Part shown: positions 14,222 to 26,799 of the stretch, piece by piece
How the letters are laid out: each line of letters opens with the position of its first letter
How positions within the stretch are numbered: position 1 is the stretch's first letter
Origin: Selaginella moellendorffii
Lineage: Eukaryota > Plantae > Lycopodiophyta
Assembly: GCF_000143415.4 (NCBI RefSeq)
Contig: NW_003314380.1
Coordinates: forward strand, 404,281 to 468,280
Reading direction: 5' to 3'
Length of the DNA: 64,000 bases
Made by a program: the position numbers and the translations under genes
The notes under the pieces: model-generated
What the model was told of the DNA's origin: nothing
Databases searched by the model: none
What the model saw: the letters and a program-made list of their open reading frames with translations, nothing else

Positions 14222-14607
14222 TTCAATTTACCGCAACATCTGATACAATCTCTTCCACTAAGCAAGGAGCTATTTAGACAAACTATACACTATAAGATTG
14301 GGAAAATTAACTAACATAAGGTCATCTACTTTATACTTTACAGGTTAACAATGATGGGAGTATGCTCAGCAAGAAACACATAAGAGTTCCTATCTTATGT
14401 TTATCTAGTATAAATATATACATAATGACCAATTTCTTAACTAGCTTGGGTGAAGATTGATAAAGAGTCTATTAATACCAACCTCTTGTTGTCATGGCAG
14501 TAAAGAAAAAATATCTGAAATGACTTGTTGATGAATAATTTTCGATACCTACAATCATATTCCCAACACTTGAGTTGCATACAAATGAGATAATAATGGT
14601 GCTACAA

Positions 14608-16284
14608 TTGTGGCAAGCTATCACAAGCCTTGCCACATCTAGAGATCCTCTTGTATATACATGTCCAACTGGAACATTGATGTGATAGACAGGATCATTT
14701 CGGAAGCATTCATTGATGCACTTCATCCACGCACACCAGCGATGATTCCCGTCGATAATGTAGAACATTTTCCCCATAAATTATTGAGTCTCAGGATGGC
14801 TCATAAGCATGTTATCAAATTTGTAGGACTTCATTTTCCAAATGTCATCCCAAACCCTCTCGATTTCTAGTGACACCGAGAGGGTATTTGTCGTTCCTGG
14901 CTTGAAGACCAAAACAAGGAACATACCTATGTTTGTCCTAAGGCCATTATGTTTGTATAGACTATAGATGTTCATGTTGATGAAGTGCGGTGAAGCAGAC
15001 TGAACAATGTTTGTCTGAGTGAATCGACATAGTGGGATTTCTCGAACTATGTCTCCCGGGCCTTCCCACTTGAGAAACTCTAGAGTCGTATGAATGGCAT
15101 TCTCTTTGGTTCTCAAAACTGTCTCTTGGAAGCACTTGTCTACAATGTGTTCAAGTAACTCCACTTATCTTTCAGCTTCAACTACACTTTTAGTAGCACC
15201 ATTATCAGATCTAGCCCCCAGCTCAGGCCCAACACCCCCGTTAGGTGCACTTGGGCACTGCTTTGTAATGTAGCTAGTTTCTGCCATATTTTGTGAATAT
15301 GTTAAGAGTAGTGGTATTTGTGGTTGTGGCTACAATGGTAGCGACGACAATCGCACTGCTGGTGGTGACGATGGTGGTGGTGGTAGTGGTAATAATAGCA
15401 ATGATGGCGGTGGTGGTAATGGTGGTGATGACGGTGGTGGTAATGGTGGTGATGAAGGTAGAGGTGGCAATGGTGGTGGCAGTGGTAATGGTGGTGGTGG
15501 CAAAAATGGGGGTGCATGTGGATTGGAGCTATCTGGTTGTGAAGATGGCAGAGTTGTCACTGTGAAAATCTCTATCTGAAGGTCAACTTGATTGTCGTCC
15601 TGGATTTCATCTTCCTCATGTCTTCTCTTTGATCCAACATCCTTCTCCTTTTGTAGTTGCTTCCGTTTCTGAAAATAAAAAAAACTCAATATAAATTAAA
15701 AATGCATAAGAAGCAAGGACTTTGGGGCGTGGACTTAGTGCAGGTGCCGGTTCGCTGGCGAGCTAGCCCTCTGTTCAACGCCAAGTCCAAGTGCCCTGGC
15801 TGGGCATTTGTCGCGGGCCGGCGAAGGCGCTTGGGGGCAGGCCGGTTCACCGGCAAACCGGCCCTCCCCCCAGCGCCAAGTCCAAGTGCCCAGGCCGGGC
15901 ACTTGATGCGGGCCGGCCAAGGCACTTGGGGGAGGGCCGGTTCACCAGCGAACTGGCCCGCCCCCAAGCGCCTTGGCCGGCCTGCCCCCAAGTGCCTTTG
16001 CTGGCCCTACGCAGAGTGCCTTGCCCGGGCACTTGGCACGGGCACTTGGCATGGGCACTTGGCACTCGCTGGCGTACCGATGGCCTGCCCGGGTGGAGTC
16101 CCCGGCCAAATGCCCAGCTTGGGCACTTGGTAGTGGCGGTGCTGGGCAGTGGTGGCGCTGGGTGTGGCATGGCGTGGGTGCAGCGGTGATGGGCAGCGGC
16201 AGCCCTAGGCAGTGGCGGCGCTAGGCATGGCATGGGAGTGGAGGAGAGGGAGTGGAAGAGTAAAAAACTTACTCTTGGCGGCAT
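14608..16284 (-). pseudogene. 5' half of the ParB-like/methyltransferase cargo gene
   Basis: Micro-exon ATGCCGCCAAGA|gtaag (16284-16273) splices to 15668, giving MPPR-KRKQ, then a poly-Pro tract and FYIIDGNHRW (ParB/Srx-like). Contains in-frame stops and is truncated at 14608. Confidence 0.7.
15735..16240. repeat. GC-rich array of GGCACTTGG/CCAAGTGCC motifs in intron 1 of the cargo gene
   Basis: About ten copies in both orientations, including the tandem gggcacttggcacgggcacttggcatgggcacttggcac at ~16027-16065. Confidence 0.85.
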
Positions 16285-18445
16285 TCTGTTCGTTGCTAAT
16301 GGATCCCACAATCACTCCCAATCTCCCACTCTAGTTTTTGTAAAACCTTAATGCCGGCAGCTGCCCTAACCCTAACTTAACTTTCATCACAACTGTTCAT
16401 CGTGGATGCAATAAAGCTTCATTACATTCTGCAAATATTTGCTAGCAATGTACAATTTCTATTCTGTCTTAGATTTGATCAGGTGACAAAGTCCTTTTGA
16501 GTTGTAATTTAATAATAGAGGTGTGCTTTAATATGACTGTGCCATAATGTGGAAATAATGTCACAAACACATAAGTTGAATTGATGATAGTACAAAATTA
16601 TAAATGAGAATTATGTGTTTCTTGCAAGTAATAGCATCTTGTTAGAAAATAAAAAATTATTAAATCGTAAGGTGTTATTTCCAAAGCAATGTATATAGAT
16701 AATTTACTATAGGTGATAGATGGTAGTACAAAGATGGAATATATTTAAATGAGTTCAGAAGAATGTGATGATTTCTGGCTTTAATGAAGTATTGAAAATA
16801 TGTACAATATTTAATTTGTTTGGCAACAGTTGGTTGATGGTAAATCCTAGAATAAAATCATTCCTATCTTTAATATTATGGCATATGCGTGAGGTGATAT
16901 TTCTTTCCGTTCTACCAAAAGTTAGTCCATATAATAAATTTGAGCATGGTTTTGAATTCAATGTATACAGACTTTTAATATTGTACAATATAGTCCTATA
17001 TACTTCATATAGAATTTATTATAACAACATTATTCGATGTTAGATCCTAGAATAAAATTGCCCTTTCTTTTCACATAATAGCATAGCACATGTTTGAGGT
17101 GACATTTCTTTATAAAAGTTCAAAGTTCCAAAACCTAAAGACAACAAAATGGAGAGTTTCCTTTTGCATTACCAAGATCACCCACCACTTTTTTTCTCTC
17201 AAAGTCTTATTTCAGAAAGTTTTCTTTGCTAACGTTTTAATCTTTGTCTCAATTCTATTTCATTGGAGGCTGTGATTCGCAATAACATTGGTGTAGTTGA
17301 ACAATCGGAGTTTCTTCTTTCAGGTGTAGGTGAAGGTGGACAATATTGGGATTTGCAACATTCCAAGTCGAAGGAGATTCGAGTTTTTGGATCTTTAATC
17401 AAAGTGTGAGGTTGCAATTCTACCAAAGTGAATGTGAAGCAAGAGTCGGTTGTCATCATTTCTTCCTATTCTAGTTCTAATGGAAATTTTAGTCCAGTGC
17501 GAGCTAAAAATTTCCAAACTCGAACTTCACCAATATTCAAAGCTGTTTGCAATGTTTTCCAATTTTTTCGCCTCTCTATCGACGTGTGTTCCTTTCTGCA
17601 TAGGCCTGTTAGTGAGCTCCCATCTACATACAATGGCAATATCTTTGAACTACCACCTCTTGTCAGCTCAAAACAAAAGGGGATGGAGACGAAGTAGGAC
17701 GTTCACAATTGGTGCAAGATCAAGACCACACATTTCCAGCATTTCAAAGGCACAGTGTCCATGGTTCATTGTGGTGGGTATTTGGATTGTGTGAATAAAG
17801 CATGCAATCGAGAGCGTGGTAAAAACTCCATATTCTTTGAAGGATCTGTAACCAATCCTCCCATCTGTGACACCATTGGTGTTGGATTCAAGTGTCAGTT
17901 TTGCAAGAATGCTCCATTGTATTGTGCCATCTGTGGGGCCAAGATCTACTATTTTCTTCCACGGGATGGAGAGGTTGGTAGAGCTGCAGTACATATTGGC
18001 ACACACACACATCCAATGCAAGAAGGGATACAAAGGAGTTCAATCAACCGTTTCAAAGATGCAATGCAGATAGAGACTGTGAGAAACTCATCTGCAATTT
18101 TGAAGCATGTTCAAAAGACAGTGCTCAAGGATTTTATCACAAGCACTTTACTTGATCTAGACTGCAAGAATACTCAACTGGATGAGACTAGCTTGCGGGA
18201 GTTACTATGACATGTGCAACTTGCAACTAACCTCAGAAGGTATGAAAATATTATTACATATTTTTCAATAATATCTCTCTTACATTTTGTTTTATTTAGG
18301 ATAAAATCTTGGATGTGTGAATCTCGAAAGGGGAAACTCCAATAAAAAATCAACTTAATCCTTGAACTAAAATGAACTTGTCCCTACGAGTTTATCCATG
18401 GGAGTTTATTTCCAAATCAACTCGTTAGTGAGCAAGAGCGCCCCT

Positions 18446-18584
18446 TTGTTTTCAAAATTTCAACTCAACCAAACTCGGACACACATTAAGCATCTCCACC
18501 AGGAGCTCTTCGATGCACTTCGGGGATGCACACTAGCAGAGATATGGAAGGCTCGCTGCACTAGGCTATTTGATGACACAGACC
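18446..18584 (+). other. LINE-derived filler insertion without TSD
   Basis: Encodes TLAEIWKARCTRLFDD. Absent from copy 2, which has only aaatg at this site. Confidence 0.7.
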
Positions 18585-18671
18585 TCTACCATGGGCCCTG
18601 CCTCTGGTGTGGATCTTGTTTTCCGAATGGATATGTCTGGGTCAAGTGACCTTGCTAATGCATGGGTACAT

Positions 18672-20363
18672 GGGGTTTTAATTTATCCTCTATAAACCAT
18701 AGAGTCCAATTTTGACCTGCTCAAAACCGGGAAAGAGCTCTTCAAGATTTTTAGGGGGGGGTGGGACGAGGGGGACAAAGTAGAACTAGTACTCGAGTCT
18801 GTGACATCCGATCTCCAAGCTTCCGAAGTTTCGGGTGTTGAACTCTGTCAACTTGGGGAGGTACACATACCGTCATTCCTGAACATGTGCTGCTAAATCC
18901 ATATTGGTGGTTTCCACGTCCATTCTTCTTATCCAGCCTCACTTCTTCCTCTAAAAAACAGCCACAGCTCCTTCTCCTTCGCTATCTTCCCTTCCTTGCC
19001 TCGTTTGATCAGCGTGTCCAGGCGGGCCGCGAGTGAAACGATCAATCTAGACCAAACCTTTGAGATAGTTGCTCGAGCCGAGGGGTCCATGTCATCGAAC
19101 AGCCTGGTGCAGCGAGCCTTCCATATCTTTGCTAGTGTGCTTCGTATGTGATTGCAGCTCCTCCAGTTGACGTTCGTTTGAGTACCGCTGCTGCACCTTC
19201 CCATACTTCCTGTGCTGCCAGACATTCCCATAAGATGTGTCACTATGTTTCTGTGGCGCCACAGGTCTTGCAGGCTGTGTTCGGGAGATGTATGGCTGCC
19301 ATAGAGGGAAGACGTTCTTGTTGGGCCAGCCACATGAAGTAGAGGTTCTTAGCTGACCAGCGCCCCTTCTAGATCTTGTTGATGCAGTGTGAGTGGTTCC
19401 TGGAGTGGATCTGTTGGGCCTTTGCTTTCCGAATGAGGGAGGATCGAGTCAACACCCTGATCAGTTTTTGGCCAAGCTTGGTCTCGTACTGGAAGAAGTC
19501 CTTGCACGTGGTTCTTCTCCAATGCCACTCTATGGGATCCCACTTGAGTTCTTCCAGGGATTGTTAGCGGAACCAGTAGAGGCGAGCATATTGTTTTTCT
19601 GGGATCAATGGATCAACGTTGGCAGTTCTTTTCTCCATTTGAATCACTCTGATCGGTTTAGCTCTGCTCATATCGGGGAGGTCCTCATACTCAGGGGTGA
19701 TGATAGGGTACAAGTGTCCAGCCTGTCCTACCTCAAAGATTAGTCTCGATGCCATGTTGGGGAGGGCGCATACAATTGACTCGTCCACCTTCCACCATCG
19801 ATGGTATTGGTCTTCTTGCAGGTTTAGTTATTCAAGGCATGCGTGTTTGGCTGCTAAAAAGGCTATCTAGAAATTACGCATCCTGTGTTCCGAGATGGTT
19901 AATCCGTAGAAGGCATTGATTCAGTCACAGTTGTTGGCCATCTGGTTGGGCTGGATCATGGTGTTTGCCTTTGCGAAGGTTTTCATCCCCACTCTGTGCA
20001 AGTCTCTGCATGTCTGGTCCAGACCGCAATCCTTTGAAGCTCCGAGCATTTTACCATTGACAGCAAAGAGTTTGCTCAGGAAAATTGGCTGCCTGTCCAA
20101 TTGTTCTTTGGTAAGAGGTGGTTTACGTTCCAACTTGCATTTGAATTGCCTCCAGAGCTTGAACAGCTTTCCTGAGAATGTGTGAGCTTTTGTCATTTTG
20201 AGTTTGGTGTCCGAGAAGAGCCATTGTTCATTTGTCGCCCAGTTTTGTCTCGTGTGCTCGTTCCTGTCCAGGAGGACTTTCGAAAGTTGTGCTCGCAATA
20301 GTATTCTCCATGGTTTGTTGCCAGGCATGAGCATCCTTGTGAAAATCTTGAAGAGGAGAGCCT
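18672..20363 (-). mobile_element. 5'-truncated L1-type LINE (ORF2 C-terminus)
   Basis: 13-bp TSD tgcatgggtacat (18659-18671) / tgcatgggtatat (20364-20376); empty site in copy 2 (~46890-46902); CxxC..H.LW.C and IWKAR motifs. Confidence 0.85.
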
Positions 20364-23300
20364 TGCATGGGTATATTTTGACCATATGGAGCGGGTGGTG
20401 GGTTGGACAACCATGGGAGCTTATGTGTATGATTTGAGGTAGTTTTTTTTCTCATTATTTTAAAATGGTTTTAAGTATTGCCCTTTTCACAGGCTATATT
20501 AGAACTTGACAATTGCAACAACAGAGTTTAAAGTACAAGACCAGATGGCTCAGGAAATATTTTGGAAATCCCTCTCTAACATTGTATTAAAACGGACTGG
20601 TAAGCCTGCCAACTTTCGTGGTTTCATGGCAGATGGGGCTGGGGCTAATTGGAATGGTGTCCATGCAGTCTTTGGGAATGGTCAACCCCTAGAAGGTTGT
20701 GAGAGGATTTATGAATTCTATTAGGCTCAAAGCGTAAACCAACACTGCCACCTTATCAAGCCAGATTTCCAATTAGCATTTAAGGAGTTGTGCAAACAAT
20801 GGCAAGCTGCACCTTCTGAAGAAGAGCACGAGGCAAAAACAAACAAGATTTGAATGTGGTGGGGTAAAGATAGCCATACTGATGTAAGTTGTTTATCACA
20901 ACTTGAGTCGTGGTTGGAGTGGTGGGAAGTTAGAATGTTCCAATAGGGACATCACTCTTTTCAGGTTGGTTTTTCTTTTTTTCCTCTCTTTTTATTGCTT
21001 TTTAATATCATCTTTTTATAAAGATCAACCACTTGAGGATCTTGCATACACCCCAACTGTGAATCTCTCAATGAGTAAACATTGGAGCTAGCGTTCCTCT
21101 AAGGCAGGGAAAGGGAAGATGAGTCTATATGAAGCATGTCTATCAAATTTGATATGCGCCGTAGAGAAGTCTTCAAAAGCCTTGGCATTTGAAGAAGGAA
21201 GATACATGGGAACAGAACCTTCGGTTGAGATGTTACAAGAAGAAAGTGACTCCACCAGCACGAACAGTGGCAACTGCAGTGGAGGAAGTGGTCCGTGGAA
21301 CATTTATGGAGTACATTCCCCAGGCTTCTATTGGTGATATGAAGATTGTCCGCTCAAAGCGTCACTTTTCCTTTGTTGGTGAAGATGTTAGCACAGATCT
21401 TGGAGCAAAAAGCTCTCATAAGCCTGATGTTGAGTATCATTTTTCTCCAAGACATCACCCCTGAACCGAGCCACCTCAAGTGGCTGATGAAAAAAGTGCA
21501 TCACAGCAAGTTGAAATTGCTTATCGTAGCGTGGAGCTAAAGCAATAGGCAATCCATCAAGTGCCAGCAAAATCAAATGTAAAGTGTGTGGGGATGCTTT
21601 CGAGGGGCAAGTGTTGGGCTTGGATTTGTGGTGACAAGTCTACTTTTGTTCCAGCCCCATGTTTCCATGGAGAATGAAAGCAAATAGGATTTTCAAGATG
21701 GTGTTAGTTATATTGCTACAACACTGATGTCAACTATACAAAGCAGCTTGAAGACACTATAGTGATTAAACCTGATGTAATACCTAAAGAATGGCCGGTT
21801 GCTAATGGGGTTGCACTCACCTCAGATGAGATTGAAAACTTTGAGAAATCTAGTTTCAATCTTGAAATGAGAGTTGGAAACATGAGTGATAAAACCAGGA
21901 TTGTTCCTACATAGATGCATAAGAGGCCAGTAAGAAAAGGTAAGGCAATTAAATTTATTGGTACCATCTCCAAGCAGAAACAAGGTAAAATAAACTTGGC
22001 TCAAACACTTGAATATGAGATTCTCTCCACTACGTACATCATTGCGCTTGCAAAGGAGTACATAGTCAAAATAGAAGGTGGAGAGTACATAATTGCCATT
22101 CAAGACTTTCCTTCTTGCACATGTTCAGACTTTACAAAACGCGAGGAACATGGGAAGGCATATGCTTCTTGCAAGCATATGTACTACATCTTTATCAACA
22201 TCTTGCATCAGGATCATAAAGTGCATATTCATATACACCAAGCAAGCCTTACTATTGCCGAGTTGCAGAAAACTTTTGGAGCTAATTAGATTTTCCAGCA
22301 CTATTGATGCTTATTCTCTATCAATAATATGAATTAATTATACCTTATATAATTAATAAAAATACTTTATTATTTCACTTTTCATTTCATATACTTGCGA
22401 GGGTTCTTTTTGCAATACTATCCATAATATTTGTGAGTCTCCATTTTTATCTTTACTATCTCAAAAAATATTTCATTATAGTCTTTCAGGTGCATGATGT
22501 TGCAATGTATTGTGAGAGCATATGTACTATCATAGTTGTTTTTTTTTCCTTTCAAATGGTTATATGTCCTTATATATAATCTTTATTCAAATTTAATAAT
22601 TTTAAAATTCTGATGAACCTGATATTTACTAGCCAGAAAGCACAAAGTACAAATTTAAAGAAGTGACAAGAATACTCTTTTTGCAAACATTTTATTTTAT
22701 GTTCTAACAAACGTCTCTATCATTGCATGTAGTAAATATTTAAATTATTAGAACAAGAAGTGTCCTTTAGAACATTTTTATCTATATAATATATAAAGAG
22801 TTATGAAATTATTAGGTTCGCCATAACTTTAAAATTTTAAAGTTTATAATACTAAATTACAATTGAAAATTGAGCTCAACTCGTGAGCTCAACTCTTCAA
22901 CTCATGAGCTCAAGTATGGTCTGCACTCTGGATAGGGAAGTTATTAATTATTTTTGTTTTATTTCTAATCTAGATGTAATATAATATAAATAAGGAAGTA
23001 TACAGTAACTTAAAAGTTAATATTGATTACATCATTATTTATTATATAGCTAGTAATATAATAATAATAATAAATAAATTTGCTCTAAATTATAAATAAA
23101 TTATAAGAAAATATGTCTCTGATATATTATTTTTCAATTATAGTTAATCTCTTGGATCCCTTGGAAATGATGAACTTGAAAAGATTACACAATAGCTAGT
23201 GCAAAATTAGTTTTATAATCTTGTTGTAGAGTAACGAATAGAGCAACAATAGTATGCATAGCATTTTTAGTTTACTTTAGAAAATATAGTGTAAAGCATA

Positions 23301-24499
23301 TACCTAAAATATTTAATATATAATAAAATATTCCTCATTCTAAGGGTTATAATTTCTTGCTGTTAAACTTTTCTAGAGTTTATTTTTATCAAGATTTAAT
23401 TCTAATATTCTTGGGGGATGGGGAGGGGGGGCCAGCTTCCTATTAGGTGTGTCTATCTTTATTTTACATTTGGCTTAGGTCTAAGCTTAAGATCCATACC
23501 ATGTTAGCTAGTGGAGTATTTATATCCTTGCGCTAGACCATTAATATGTTGAAATAATGCTTTAGCTTTGTTTTACATGTTTGTTTTAATGTTAGGATGC
23601 TAAAAGTTTTAAGACTATTTTAGTGTTGTTTTGTGCTCTTGTTTCATCGCTCCTTAGTTGCATATTCAAGAGTTGTTCCATACTTTTATTTCTTTGTTTC
23701 TTAGGCATATGCTTAGGAGTTTGATTCTATCATTTTGTTTAGTGGCCTAAGGCCCTAAAACTTAGGTGTTGCCCTTAGCACACATATCTCAAAAGTTAGG
23801 TCTGTTCCATTGCTATCCTATAGTAATTAAAAGGTGAAAATCATATATGCTACAGATATAAAGATGATTTTGTCTTAAGTATATGCTAGAGGATTAACTA
23901 ACTGTCAATTGAAAGTGAAACCCGAGATCCCTCTAATACTAAATGTAAGTCATTCTTATTAGTTGTTTACAATATGTTTCAAGAGATATGGTTATTTTAT
24001 AATAATTAACTATAGGCTATAAGGTGAAAATCATATGAATTACATATATAAAGATGATTTTGTTGTGAAATATATATAAAAAGGTGATCATGCAAAGTAA
24101 AAGAGTATCCATAACAATCAAAAGTTGGTAATATACTCATGTTTACAATACAAAAATAGAAAATATTAGTGTGAAGGGATGGGATTATAAACTTTTAAAT
24201 TTAAATTTCTTGGGAAGTCATCCAACCTATTACTACTCAACTAAAAGATATGTATTAAGTATTCCAAAACCCTTAATTGATTGGAAAATAAAATACACTT
24301 TTGTTCATAAGACATTTCCCTTTGTATTTAAATCTTTACATATCATTTCTCAAATTATTCTTTTAGGTTGATTACAGAAATATAAAAAACTCTCTTGAGA
24401 AAAAGAGAGTTTTAAATTTGTATCCTAAATAACTTGGATAATCATAAAGGAATTCAAAGTACTCAACCATATATTATGTGGCATCAGAGTCAAAGTTAA

Positions 24500-26799
24500 G
24501 AGTAAAAGAAGAACTAATAGTCAATAAAACACCAGTAATATAAGCATGATAAGAATCCTCAATTAAAGACAAAATAGGAGAAGATGATTCATCGATAGTA
24601 GTATATACTTGTTGCTGTTATCCACTAGAACTACTAGCAATATAAGCTTAAGGGAGTTGGCATGGATAAAGAATAACATGAGAAATTGAACAAGTATTAT
24701 TTAGGTATTGATAACAAAATTAAAAAATATATGATAAAACCCAGAAGATTGATGATAAAGGCATGCTTATCAACCATAATTATAACAACTATTGCCCAAA
24801 CCACCATAAGAATGAAATGAATTTTATTAAAAAGAGAACCACTTATTTGAAACATGAGCACTAATAGATGGTGATTGAGAGTAAAGTGTTGGGGGAAGCA
24901 TATTGAACAACGATTCTAATCACAAATTGCAGTAAGAGCAATCTTAAAATTATAATGATCATTCATCATAAGATTAGTAACCACAATAGAATACTTTAAA
25001 GGAAGAGTGTTCAAAAACCAAAGAAAGCAATCCTCAAGGGTAAGAGTCATATCTCAATTGTAAGTTTAGTTGTATTATATAGCCTTTGTGATATTGCTTG
25101 GATCTATAATCCTTAGGTGAAAACTTGATGAAGTTTTTTGGTGTAGCTTGGATTGCAATTGCGACTAATTGCGCCAATTTGCTGTTGTAGTTGCAAAATG
25201 ACAAAGGCTTTTGATGTCATTGATCTTGTGTTGGTATGGTAATTCTTGCCCTAGAACAAGTTACCAAACATAGGAATCAATTAAAAACTAACTTGAGACC
25301 TTCAATCCCCAAGAAGGCTCATGCAAGTGGTTGTGAGTAAGGATAGGCTTGATGTTATTAGAATACTCCAAGTTGTGAGAAAATGGATGTGCATTGGTCA
25401 TAAGCTGGAATACAATAGAGAAATGCTAACTCTCCCCTTTAACTACTCTTACATGGTGGCAACTGCCACTTCTTCATAAGTCATGACTGTTAATTATGGA
25501 GCTTTGCACTTTCTTTAGTGAGCTGGTCATTGATGCATTGTGTTTCCGCACATACTGTCCTTTAGGACATATCTCTAGAGTTAGGATTTTGCTCTTTGCA
25601 ATGGAGTGTTGAGTTTAAGTCCTTGTGGTAACTTTCTTGAGTTTTTTCTTTGTTGGTGTGGTAGTTTTGGAGAAGCTTGGTTTATGTTGGTCTTTGGCAT
25701 GTTTATTGATAAGTCTTAAGAGATTTGTTAGTATCTAAGTCTTGTTTTTGGTCAAAGTTCTTTAAATTTTTATTTTTCTTAATGTTGTTTTCTTGAGCTT
25801 GATTTTTCAAAATCTTTCTTGTGTTGGATTTTTGAATTTGAGCTTCGTGTTTTTTTATTGTGTTGAGTTCTTGAGCTTGAACTTTGTAAATCTTAAATGT
25901 GTTGAAATTTTGAGTTTGAGTCTTTATAGTCTTGATCTTTTGATCTTCATGCCTGTAGTTCTTCTTGATATTTCGTTCTTGATCTTCAAAACTGAAACTT
26001 TCATTTCTTTCAAAATTGTTGTTGATGATGTTTGAATCATATGATTGGTATTTCTTAAGCTTGTTAAGCTTGACGGTTTGGAGATGTTTGCCATCGAATG
26101 TTGCGATTGTTCCTATTCCTAGAAATTTGAATTTTTAAATGAGGAATGGTCCTTCCCATTTTGACTTCACTTTCGAGCCCATTTTCTCAATGTTTTTTAG
26201 AAACCAAAGTACTTGATCATTGATCATTGATCTTGAATTCTTTATTTTTCTTTATTTTTCTCTTTTAGTCGTGGTTGGATTTTCTTCAAGCTTGAATGGC
26301 TTCGAGTGTCTAAATTGCTTATAGTCTTTCTTTATCAAGTTTTTCTAGTGTGACTAGTTTTTTTTTATTGATTCTTCTTGGTTGATCTCGTAATGTATTG
26401 CCATTCACAATGAAGGATAATGTACTCAAGTGGTGTTAGGGCTTCTAAGTCATAAGCAAGTTTGAATAGTGTCGAATTTGTTGAAACCTTGTATATTGTT
26501 CAATATACCCATAAGGTATTGTAAATATGATTGTCCCAATCTTTCTAATTTGTTTTTATGATTTTCTTGAGGATGTTCTTAAGTGTCTTGTTTGTCAACT
26601 TTGTTTAACCGTTGCCTTGAGGGTAGTATGGTGTTAAAGCCTTATGCTTGTTTCTCTTGAAACTTGTTATGAGTAGTCCAAAGAAGTCGAGTCCCTATCG
26701 TTAAAATGATTCTAGGGTGTTGTTAAATGAAGCTCTTGAGTTTGTTTCTTTGATGTTCTAGTTTGGTTGGGCAAGTATTGGAGCCCTTGTTAAGGAATT
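24500..26799 (-). mobile_element. Old degenerate Ty3/gypsy pol remnant, continuing at 33089-33230
   Basis: The minus-strand reading FLGKMKY..FIKDY.KIAKP..LLKK..NWTQDC.QAFDMLK (33230-33089) continues as LTRAPILAQPN on the other side of the nested element. The left limit is approximate. Confidence 0.6.

Larger units (their letters stand above)
17250..22289 (+). pseudogene. MULE-type transposase (GCM-like Zn DNA-binding domain, DDE core, SWIM finger), interrupted by a LINE
   Basis: CGGYLDC..C..CQFC..C..GTHTHP; AWVHFDH (split by the LINE); FRGFMADGAGANWN; SWIM PSCTCSDF...CKH. Has several stops and short introns. Confidence 0.78.
14608..22937. mobile_element. Mutator-like DNA transposon, copy 1 (left-truncated within the ParB exon)
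   Basis: Divergent cargo gene and transposase; inverted homology to 44886-50730. The right limit is inferred from where homology to 33924+ resumes (22938). No TIR pair is visible. Confidence 0.75.

Noticed and set aside
13750-14607. Possible retroelement integrase remnant around the solo LTR
   Set aside because: Too decayed to support a call by eye.
15293-15565. Val/Met-rich and His-rich ORFs (also 49644-50045)
   Set aside because: Shadow frames of the (CCA)n poly-Pro exon.
15657-16311. Overlapping GC-rich ORFs (also 49017-49575)
   Set aside because: Artefacts of a stop-poor intronic repeat array.
16364-16381. Telomere-like CCCTAACCCTAAC
   Set aside because: Only two units, and absent from copy 2.
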